Source of the DNA: an uncultured Candidatus Saccharibacteria bacterium
Lineage (GTDB): Bacteria; Patescibacteriota; Minisyncoccia; Phycocordibacterales; Phycocordibacteraceae
DNA length: 64,000 bases
Reading direction: 5' to 3'
Assembly (NCBI GenBank): GCA_964446735.1
Contig: CAYUQB010000002.1
Location: 18,516-82,515 of the forward strand
Shown here: piece by piece, positions 28,353-40,300 of the stretch
Position numbering within the stretch: position 1 is the first letter of the stretch
Layout of the letters: every line of letters starts with the position of its first letter
Program-made: the position numbers and the translations under genes
Notes under the pieces: model-generated
Databases searched by the model: none
Seen by the model: only the letters and a program-made list of their open reading frames with translations
Told to the model about the DNA's origin: nothing

Positions 28353-28390
28353 TATCCGAAATAGGAGATAGAATTTACTTAATTCGGATA
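28353..28390 (+). promoter_or_regulatory. inverted repeat spanning the 5' leader/RBS region of the giant gene
   Basis: TATCCGAA-N22-TTCGGATA enclosing AGGAG, ending 6 nt before ATG 28397. Confidence 0.3.
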
Positions 28391-28396
28391 TCCGAC

Positions 28397-31300
28397 ATGT
28401 CCCTTCCACTCGATAAAAATTTCATCCCAAATAAGGTAGCGAGTGAATTGTCCGGATACAACTCGGACTACATCGCTCGACTTTGTCGTGAAGGAAAAAT
28501 CGAGGGTACGCAAATCGGTCGCGCATGGTTCGTAAATCGCGAGTCGCTAGAAAAGTTCATCAAGCAACAGGACACGCGCAAGAAGGAAATCGCGCGTGAA
28601 CTCTCTGCAGCTCGCGAACGCGAGTATTCTGCACGTCAGAATGCCGCAACTGAAGTAAAAGAAGTCAAGGAAGTACGCATTTCTACGGAGACTTCGATTC
28701 CAAAGGCCAAGCTCATCCCTTCGCAGATTGCACCGCTGCAGGCAGTAATTCACCGACCAGTACATGTGCGCGTAAAAGCTCGCAGTCCGCGCCTTTCGGA
28801 GGTTCACCCAACACTTCGCCCAGGATTCGCACTCGCTCTTACTGCACTCGTCTTGATGATCTCTGTATACGCTGCGGAGAGCGGACTCGTAAACAATTTT
28901 GCCTCACGTGTCATTACGTCAGCAATGCGCACTCACGCTGATGCGCCTGAACTTCCGTTGCGAAGCGCGTTTGCCATTCGTGGCATTGGTGAACATCTTG
29001 CACTTGGGACTTCACATCTCGTCACCGGCGCGCCAAAAGTGTATGAACGTGGCCTCATGGCACTGGTGCGGACACCTGCAGATTCTGCTGCAGCTGTTGC
29101 AACGGTCACGACAACTCCGGAACACGGAATCGGTGAGCGCGTTGCGCTTACGACCTACCGTGGCATCACTCGCTTTTTCAGTAACGCTACCGACCGGCTC
29201 GCAGTCTTCTTTGGATTTAAAAGTCCGAACATCGCGGTGCTTCCATTCGAGGCTGCCAGCGCACTTCATCCCTCGACCAATCTTCCCGCACCAACATCAT
29301 CTGGTGAGTATCGACCCACGACGCAAGGTATTACCACCGTCAACTACCTCACGGGAGTTTCGAGTGAGTACGTCGATAGCTACGTCTCCTCGTATGTAAC
29401 CAATGCACTTCGTGGTGTACGCGAGCAGATCGGACGTGATGTGCTGGATAGTAATGCGGTAAAGCGCAGCCGTAGTTCATCGAGCGGAAGCTCTTCAGGT
29501 GGAGCAGCAACCTCGGTGAATGGCGCGGTGGTAGCAACCTCGCTCACGCTCTCTGGTATCACTGGTTCTACGCAGTGTCTCCAAGTTGATACTTCAGGCG
29601 TCGTGTCCGGGACAGGATCCGCCTGTGGTGCAGGCGGCAGCGGAATCACTGGGCTTAAGGGTCAGTATTCAAGTACACAGACAGGCGCAACTCAGACCTT
29701 CGCGACGTCGAGTGATACCAACCTCACACTTACAATCACTTCTTCAGGAGACACGCATACTTTCACGCCGGGTTGGACTGGCGTACTTTCAGTAGCACGG
29801 GGCGGGCTCGGGCTCTCTGCCGTTACTGCCAACGGACTCCTTATCGGAAATTCTGCAGGCACTGGGTACACAAGTGTTGCAACCAGCTCGCTCGGCCTTT
29901 CAACTTCCGACATCAGCGAAGGCAGCAATCTCTACTACACGACTGCACGCTTTGCTGCATCGCTCGCTGGTACTACCACTGACGCACTTGCTGAAGGAGC
30001 GATCAATCGGTACTACACTGACGCACGCGCACGCGCAGCCTACAGTACGACTGCAACTGGTCTCTCATACAGCAGTGCCAGTGGCGTACTCTCGCTCTCG
30101 AGCGGCTACAACATTCCACTCACCGCATCGACCACGAACTGGAATTCTTTCTACGACACACCCTCGACGCGTATCACTGCTGGTACCAATCTTTCCTGGA
30201 GCGGCAACACACTCAACGGTCCGGCTGACTCAACCATTCGAGGACTATTCTCAGGCACCTACCCAGTTAGCTACGACAGTGGCACGGGAGCCTTCAGTCT
30301 TGCGTTTGGTACCACTACTTCAAACACCTGGGCAGGCACACAGACGTTCACCAACACTCCAGTTCTCGGTACGCTCACCGGACTCGTAGGATCAAACAAC
30401 GGTAGCCTCTATCAAATCGCCACCTCTTCCAACTTCGTTACATCGATCGCGCAAAGTTTCGGTTCTGCACAGACCGGTGCCGTCACACTCGCAACAAGTT
30501 CTGCCGCGACCTGGAATGGAGTGACCTTCACTAACTCGATCACTAACTCTGGCGGCACGTTCACCTTCACGCCGGCACTCTCTGGTACGCTCGCGGTCGC
30601 AGGTGGCGGCACCGCCACCACCACCTTCTACAACGGTGGCGTGGTCTTCTCTGACGGCACCAAACTCACCCAAGCAGCCGCCGCAAGCAACTTCTTCTGG
30701 GACAACACCAACAACCGTCTTGGTCTTGGCACCTCTTCTCCATGGGGTCAGCTCTCGATCAATCCGAATGGCATTAGTGGACCAGCGTTTGCAATTGGCT
30801 CTTCTACCGACACCCTCTTCTCCATTACCAGTGGCGGACACATAACAATCGGCACATCCACACCCGCATCAACCAACGGAATAACCCTCACGACAACAGC
30901 AGGTACCGCAGCCCCGATCCTGTACATGTATCGAAACGATAGTTCAGTAACCGCAAGCGAGTCCCTGGGTGCAATTTACTTCGACAGTAACGATGGCCCG
31001 GTGAGTACAAACGATGCTGCGGTAGCTATCCTGGCCCAAGCCGCAGAAGTGCATGGAAGCACCGCGAAAGGTGGACAACTCATTTTCCAGACTAAATCGA
31101 TTGGAACAGGTCCTAATAGTAGTTCCGACGAACGTTTCCGAATTACCGCAAGTAATACCAGCGGTTTCAGTACCTCATCTCCGTATGCGACGCTCTCAAT
31201 TCACACGAACAAGGATGTAACGAATAGAACCCTTTTTGCAATCGGCTCATCGACAGCTTCCGCGACCTCAACGCTCTTTAGTATTACGAACACCGGTTCG

Positions 31301-34300
31301 ACTACTCTCTTCCAACTCCCAAGTTCGGTACTGACTACGAATGAGAATGGCACCATTGTCGGTACCACATCGGTTGGCATTACTTACGGCGGTACCGGCA
31401 TCACTAGCTACACTTCCGGTGATCTTCTCTACGCTAACAGCAGCGGCATCCTCGCAAAGCTTGGAATTGGTTCGGCCGGTCAGGTGCTCAAGGTCACCGG
31501 TGGACTACCTGTATGGGGTGCCGATCTTACGACTGGCGGCGGCGGCGGTGCCGGCGCGTGGGCAACAACGAGTGATAGTCTTGCTGTCTACCCGACCGAC
31601 ACTTCAGACGTCATCATTGTCGGCAACAGCGCGACTAGTACGCTCACCAGTATTTTCGAAGTGCATGGCAAGTCGTACTTCTCAAATTTCCTCGGTATCG
31701 GCACGACGAACCCTTCGACACAACTCTCGGTACAAGGTGATGCGCTCTTCTCGGGTAATCTCTCACTTGCAAACCTTACTGCAACTGGAACGATCTCAAC
31801 CACAAATCTCACGGTAGGTACCCTTAACGGACCACTTCATGCGAACAATGGCGTCGTTTCAGCAACCACGTCTATTGGTGTGCTTTACGGCGGTACAGGT
31901 CTTACGACCGCTCCATCGTACGGACAGCTTTTACTCGGTAACAGCAGTAGTGGCTATACACTCACCGCAACTTCTTCGTTGGGACTCCAGTCGGTTCTCC
32001 AGGGTACCCAAGGTCAGGTCGCATATTTCTCAGACACAAACACTGCGGTCGGTACCTCAAGCATTTTCATCGGAACAAATACGAATGTCGGTATCGGTTC
32101 CTCGTCGCCAAGCGCGAGACTAAGTATTCTCGGTGCAGATGCTGCATCTTCGGGAGCGACTGCACCCCATGCGCTGTATGTACGGGGTGGTACTGGTGGG
32201 TCGACTAGCGGGTTCGGTGGCCCCATAACACTTGTTGGAGGCGCGGCAGGGGTGGCGACCTCAAATGGAGGTACGGTGACCATTGTCTCTGGCTCGTCAT
32301 TTGCAGGACTGCCTGGGGCAGAAATCGAACTGACCGGTTCAGCGAATAGCGCTGGTGGTGGTCTCACGTTCACCGGTGGGAATGGCAGTATCCTTGGAGG
32401 CGGGTTCACATTCACTAGCGGAGATGGTCAGTCGGGCGGTTCATACTACTTCACCTCAGGCGATGGCTCCTTGAATGGTGGTGACTTCAACTTCACAAGT
32501 GGTGCCGCGACTTCTTCCGGAAGCGGTGGACAATTCACTTTCACAGGCGGTGTCGCAAGTTCTACAACTGCAAACGCAACGGGCGGTGGCTTTACCGTCA
32601 CCGGTGGAGCTGCAAGTTCTACGATCTCGACTGTCCACGGTGGTTCCATTCAACTGACCGGCGGCTCGGGTGGTACCGGTGCACTTACGGTAGGAAGTGG
32701 AGGGAATATTGTCCTAAACGGAGGTGCTGCGGGTGTCGCAGGCGGTTCGGTAGGGAACGTGCTTCTCGCTGGGCTACGTGGCAAGGTGGGTATCGGTTCA
32801 AGTAGTCCCTATGCGCTCCTCTCACTGCATGCTTCCAGCACCGCGACCACACCAATGTTGTTTGCAATTAGTTCTTCGACCTCTACGTTTGCGACGTCAT
32901 CGCTGTTCTCCATCAACAATGTCGGTTCTACCACCCTCTTCCAGCTTCCAAGTTCGGTGCTTACCACAAATCAGAATGGAACTATCGTCGGCACCACTTC
33001 AATTGGTGTTACGTACGGTGGTACTGGTCTCACGAGTGGCCCATCGTACGGCCAGTTGCTTGTAGGTAACGCGTCCGCTGGGTATTCACTCACTGCAACG
33101 AGTTCACTCGGACTGGTTACATCAGTGAACGCATCCGGTGGCACTACCGGTCTTTCATTCTCGGGCGGCCCCATCACCTCGTCAGGCACACTTACTCTTT
33201 CTGGGACACTTGGACTTGCGAACGGCGGCACCGCCACCACCACCTTCTACTCCGGTGGCGTGGTCTTCTCCGACGGTGCTCGCCTCACCCAAGCTTCCTC
33301 CACCAGTGACTTCTTCTGGGACTCAACTAACAAGCGTCTTGGTCTTGGCACGTCTACTCCATGGGGCCAACTCTCCATTAACCCCAATGGTATTAGTGGA
33401 CCAGCGTTTGCAATTGGCAGTACCACTAACACGAGCTTTGTGGTGACGAATGGGGGATATGTGGGGATTGGAAGCGCGGTGCCGACCAACGCGCTTACGG
33501 TTGTTGCGAGCTCAACTTCTGTGACGAGCACTTTCCCGTTTGACGACACACAGCTTGAAATTGCAGCAACCTCTTCAAGTTCCGGTTCACTCAATATTGG
33601 TTTGAATTCGAGACAATCACGCTACTACATAGTTGGTAACTCGGGCAATCTGACGTCCAACGATATGTATATTGGTGTTGACGGATCAAGTGATGGATTC
33701 GGAAAGGTTCACATCATCACCGGGTTTGCAGGTGGATCGGTACCACGTATTACTGCCACACGTGATGGTCAGGTGGGTATTGGTACGACTTCTCCCTACG
33801 CAAAATTCGCTGTTCACGCCGCTAATGCTGAAACCAATCGTGTCCTCTTTGCTATTGGTTCCTCAACCGCTTCCGCAACTACCACTCTCTTCTCTGTAAA
33901 CAACATCGGCTCCACAACGCTCTTCCAGCTTCCGAGTTCGGTACTGACTACGAATGAGAATGGCACGATTGTCGGTACCACATCGGTGGGCGTAACGTAC
34001 GGCGGTACGGGACTTTCAACAGCACCCGCCTATGGCCAGCTTCTGGTGGGTAACTCTAGCGGTGGGTATACCCTTACGGCAACCAGCTCACTTGGGCTTG
34101 GTACTGGTAATGGCACCGTCACTTCTGTAGATGCTTCAGGTGGCACTACCGGTCTTTCATTCTCGGGCGGCCCCATCACCTCGTCAGGCACACTTACTCT
34201 TTCTGGGACACTTGGACTTGCGAACGGCGGCACCGCCACCACCACCTTCTACTCCGGTGGCGTGGTCTTCTCCGACGGTGCTCGCCTCACGCAGGCATCT

Positions 34301-37300
34301 TCCACCGGTGACTTCTTCTGGGACTCAACCAACAAACGCCTGGGACTCGGTACCTCAACACCGTTTGCGAAACTTTCTGTCAATCAAAACACGAGCGGTC
34401 CAAGCACGATACCGGCCTTTGTCGTGGGTGCATCTGATTCAACGAAGTTTATCGTCACAGCAAGTGGAAATGTGGGTGTTGGAACTTCTTCCGCTGCGTA
34501 TACACTCGATGTAGGCGGGTTCGCAAACGTCGATAAATTCTCGGGCTACAAACAGGATACGTTCACCATCCTCACTGCATCGTCCACATCACTTTCAACA
34601 TTGGTCGGTATTAATGCAGGCGCGTCACTCACTCAAGGCGCTCGCTATGCAACCGTCCTTGGCTACGGCGCACTCCAGAACACAACGTCCGGCACCTATA
34701 ACACCGCAGTTGGCTATCAAACATTAAATGCGAACTCGACCGGTGCGCAGAACACTGCACTTGGTGCATTCGCACTCACAAATAATTTCACCGGCGCAGA
34801 CAATGTCGCACTTGGCTATGGTGCGAGCTACTTCAATGCATATGCGACGCGCACCGTTGCTATCGGTAGCGAAGCAGGTGAGGGCGTCGGCAACTATGCA
34901 AACCAGGGTGGAGTACTCGTAGGCTACAAGTCTGGCTTCAACCTGACCGATGGTTCCAACTACAATACACTTCTTGGCTACCAATCAGGCTTTGGTATCA
35001 CCACGGGTGCCAACAACATCATCATCGGTGCAGACTCTGATGGGAGTGGTGGAAACTCAAATCTCACCACCGGATCGGGAAATATTCAGATCGGGTACAA
35101 TATCTCGCTCCCAAGCGCGACCGCAAGCAATCAACTCAACATCGGAAATCTTATCTACGGTACCGGAGTGAGTGGCACGGCTTTTGTACCATCGACAGGT
35201 CGTATCGGTATCGCTTCTACGTCACCGTTCGCAAAGCTCTCAGTACATGCGAACAATGGAGATACTAACCCCGCGCTGTTTGCGATAGGTTCTTCAACAG
35301 CAAGTGCGACAACCACTCATTTCCTGGTCACGCGTACCGGCGAAGTCGGCATCGGTACTACTTCTCCGAGCGCGCAGCTTGCACTTTCCGGTGTATCAGG
35401 AACAACCGCAGCAGCACCGGATTTCCTAGGCCTGTTTGGAGGCACAGGAGGCGCGCCAGTCACCGGTGACGCTGGCGCTGGTTCGAGTGGCAGGATTGGT
35501 GCAGGTGCAGGTGGAGCGACAGCTAACGGGAATGGTGGGGCAGGCGGCTCGCTCACCTTCGCTGCCGGTACGGGCGGTGCGTCGTCTCAAACAACCGGTA
35601 TCTCCGGCGCAGGCGGTTCACTTAGCCTTTCGGCCGGTAACGGCGGTGATGGCAGTGAACTGGTGTCGACTCCTGGTAACGGCGGTGCGATTACCATTAC
35701 TGCTGGTTCTGCTGGAGGAAATGGAGCAGCATCTGGCGGTAGTGTGACTATCAATCCGGGTGCAAAGGGTACTACGGGGAGTGATGGAAACGTTCTCATC
35801 GCAACACTTCGTGGGAAAACCGGTATTGGTACTACTTCACCGTACGCAAAGCTCTCCATCCACTCAAATAATGGCGATACCAATAGGACGCTTTTTGCTA
35901 TCGGTTCTTCAACGGCTTCTGCCACGACCACACTCTTCAGTATTACGAACACTGGTGACGCAACACTTCTAGGTACTTCTACTGCTGCAGGTGGTTCCTT
36001 CACGAGACTGACAGTTGGTTCTGATTACTTCACTGATCTTACGGGCACTGGCCTTGCTCTTTCTGGAAGCGCACTTACCCTCGACACAGGAAATGCCAAC
36101 TCTTGGACCGGTACTCAAACGTTTAACACGGTGACCATCAATACTGGATATGTCTTCACCGTTGGAACACTGAATGGTCCTCTGCACGCCAACAACGGAG
36201 TTGTGGCGGCGACAACCTCTATCGGCGTTACGTACGGTGGTACAGGCCTCACGACTGCACCGAGTTACGGTCAAATTCTTGTGGGTAACGCGTCCTCCGG
36301 CTATACCCTCACCGCAACCTCATCACTTGGCCTCCCGACTGGTTCGGGTGCAGCAGGACGTGTCGCGTTCTGGGATGGTACGGGCAGTCTGTCCTCAAAT
36401 GCCAATTTCACTTTCTCCTCGACTAACAGTCAGTTCTCAATTCCAAATAATGGGTGGTATGCAATTGGTGGCAACCTCCTCGGATATGCTTCATCCACAA
36501 ATCAAGCGACGATCTTCGGTCTCGGTGCTGGCGGCAATAACGCAACCACAACTGGAGCCGGAAGTAATCTGACGGCAGTGGGATTCAATGCGCTTAATGC
36601 CATGACGACTGGAGCGAACAACACGGCGGTCGGTTCACTTGCGCTTAGAAGTGCCACAACTGGCGGTGCGAATACGGCGGTCGGTGCGAGTGCGCTCAGT
36701 GCACTTACTACGGGTGGCTTCAACACCGCAGTTGGCTACCTCGCGGGCACCAGCGTAACAACCGGAGCCGGCAACTCGATACTTGGTCACGATGCCGCAG
36801 CCTCACTCACTGTTGGTTGGAATAACACACTCATTGGTCAGTATGCTGGGTACACCATCACGACCGGGTCAGGTAACACCGTGCTTGGCGGTGTCGAAGA
36901 TACAGGAATAAGTAACCTTACGACAGGTGACAACAACATTGCCATTGGACTCAATATTCTGTTCGCGGACGGTACGGCGGATAACCAACTTAACATTGGT
37001 AACTTCATCTTCGGCACCATACCCGCCACAACGACAAACAGTTCACTTCAACTGCCGAAAACCGGCAAACTCGGTATCGCCACCTCTTCTCCGTACGCCA
37101 AACTTTCCATTCACGCGAATAACGGATCAACTGATACCACCCTCTTTGCGATCGGTTCTTCGACCGCAAGTGCTACCTCGACACTCTTTTCCGTTAGTAA
37201 TTCCGGCCAGCTCTCTTCGAATCTCTCGGGAACAACAACACTCTTGCGGGTCGCAGGTCGGGAATTCATCAAGGCGGATACCGCATCACTCAACCTCGCA

Positions 37301-40300
37301 CTCGGCTTTGATCCGCTTCGAGCGCTTACGACCGGAAGCGGGAACATAGCTATCGGTGAGAATGCTGGGTATGGAATTACCACCGGCACGTATAACACCA
37401 GCATCGGATACGGAACACAGAATCAAAACGGTCATTATAATGTGGCGCTCGGATACCAGACCGGCGGAGCTGGCAATAGAGCCGTGGCAGTCGGGTATAA
37501 CGCCTATTCGGATGGACAAGGTGGTATATCAATAGGTGCTGGTGCGAACGCGTTTGGAAGTTCAACTATTGCTGTCGGTTACGGGGCATACGCCAACAAC
37601 ACAGACGGTATTGCACTCGGTAGTGACGTGTTTTCATACGGAACCGCTGCGATCGTGATCGGTGCCTCTGCTTCAAGTGACTCGGGCGCCTCGAGCACTA
37701 TCGCTATCGGTTACAACGCATATGGGGGTGGCACAATTTCTAACACAGTCATTGGCGACACCGCTGGTTTCAACATAGCAGGAAGACGCAATCTTCTTAT
37801 CGGACCGACTGCGTTCGATCCCAATGGTGCTTCAGACGGTGGATTGAGTATTGGCAATCTCATTTTCGGTACACTTCCTGCCACGACCACGGTTGCCTCA
37901 CTACCGCTCACGGGCGCAATCGGTGTTGCTACCACTTCTCCGTATGCAACCCTTTCAGTTCACGCAAACAGCGGCTCAGTAAACACTACGCTCTTCGCGA
38001 TCGGTTCTTCGACCGCGAGTGCCACCTCGACTCTCTTCTCCATTAACAATATCGGCTCCACCACACTCTTCCGTCTCCCAAGTTCAGTCCTTACAACGAA
38101 TGAGAACGGCACAATCGTTGGCACCACATCTGTTGGTGTCACCTATGGCGGTACCGGCCTGGCGACGGCTCCTTCGTACGGTCAACTTCTCCTTGGAAAC
38201 GCATCAAGTGGGTATACACTCACGGCAACGTCCTCTCTCGGTATCGCTATCAGTGATACTACTGGTACGCTCAGTCTTGCTCGTGGCGGCACCGCCACCA
38301 CCACCTTCTACAACGGTGGCGTGGTCTTCTCTGACGGCACCAAACTCACCCAAGCAGCCGCCGCAAGCAACTTCTTCTGGGACAACACGAACAACCGTCT
38401 AGGGCTGGGTACCTCAAGTCCATGGGGCCAGCTCTCCATTAACCCCAATGGCATTAGTGGACCGGCGTTTGCCATCGGGAGTACCACGAGCACAAGTTTT
38501 GTGATTACTAACGCAGGATATGTGGGCATCGGGACGGCAACTCCACAAACCAGCCTCGATATTGATGGAGGTAATGTCCGTATAACGAATCTCTCGGGAA
38601 GTGTACAAAACCTGCTTTCACTCAATAACACGTCAGCGGGAACTGCGGCTGGAAACGCAATTGTATTTAACGGGCCCTCGAGTGTTCAGTATGGAAAAGT
38701 TGAGGTGGCCGCAGATAGTGCAACCAGTCAAACCTATCTTGCGCTCACGGTCCGTGGTGCGAGCGCTGCGTATGAAGCACTTCGTGCGGTGGGTTCGAGC
38801 GGGAGTATTGGTATCGGTACCACCACTCCGAAGTGGAAACTCACTGTTTCCACTTCGACTGCACCGCAACTCACCTTGACTGATGGCTCTGCCACTAATG
38901 CGCCCTTTAACTTCCGTGCCATTAACAACCTTTTGTACTTCTCGACCTCTTCGCCAACTACCTACGCTACCTCAACTCCGTTCTTAAGCTTCGACAGCTC
39001 TACTGCTTCGACCAGTATTCTGAGACTTGATGTGACGGGCACTGGAACCTCTACCTTTGCCAACGGTCTCAATATCGCCAATGGTTGCTATGCCGTGAAC
39101 GGTGTTTGCTTGGTCGGTACGTTCACCAACACGCTCGCTTCAGGCGGCACCGCCACCACCACCTTCTACAACGGTGGCGTGGTCTTCTCTGACGGCACCA
39201 AACTCACCCAAGCAGCCGCCGCAAGCAACTTCTTCTGGGACAACACGAACAACCGTCTCGGACTTGGAACATCGACACCATTTGGTCAGCTCTCCATCGA
39301 TTCGAACGGAATTACTGGTCCTGCGTTTGTTATTGGTTCATCAACCGCCACTCATCTGTTAGTTGAGAATAGTGGAAGAGTGGGTGTTGGTACTACCTCG
39401 CCTGCATCCGCGTATGGATTTAATGTCGGCACAAACTCGTATTTTGGAGCCACTACAACATTCGCTGGAGGTGCTGCTATCGGTGCATTTACCTCGGGGG
39501 GTAAGACAGGTACCTGGATTAATCTTCCAACGACTGGTCCGTCTGGTATTGGTACTGGCGGAGCAGGAAGTAACCCGTTTGTCGCATATGCTGCGTCAGC
39601 CACCGACTGGTTCAACGGTTCAATAATAGGTGACGCTGTGTATCGTAACGCAAACGGAACTCGTATTCTCATGGGCATTAGCAACAATAATGGTACTGCT
39701 CAACCACAGATTATTATTCAAGGTAACGCCTCATCTACCTGGCAAACCAGTTTCGGTACGACTTCACCATGGGGCATGGTCTCGATTGGTTCCCATGGGA
39801 TTGGAGACAAACCGGCGTTTGTCATTGGTTCGTCAACCGCGACTAATTTGATCGTCACCAATAGTGGACGAGTAGGTATTGGCACTAGCTCTCCTACCAG
39901 CATGCTCGCAGTTGGGGGAAACGTGACAATTAGTACTGCTGCAGCAAATAGCGGATTGCTGACCATCTACTCAGAGGACACAGGGTCCCTGTCCAATATG
40001 CAGGGTATCGTCGTTGCTGATCGTCAAAATGCCTACGGATCCTGGCAGACTCCTAGCGGGCTCGATGGAGTTCAGATCGGCGGCGGCGGCGAAGTAACCG
40101 CCTGGAATCAAGACTTCTTTATCAACTACTACTCCACCGGAGATGTGCGGCTTGCTCGCGGCGGCGGAGATGTGTTTGTAGGAAGCTCTCCACCGACAGC
40201 TCGGTTAAGCGTTAAGGGAAGCGCGGGTAGTACGACACCGGTGTTCCTCGTTTCTTCCTCCACGAACGCGAATCTATTTAATGTGCAATCGACTGGATTC

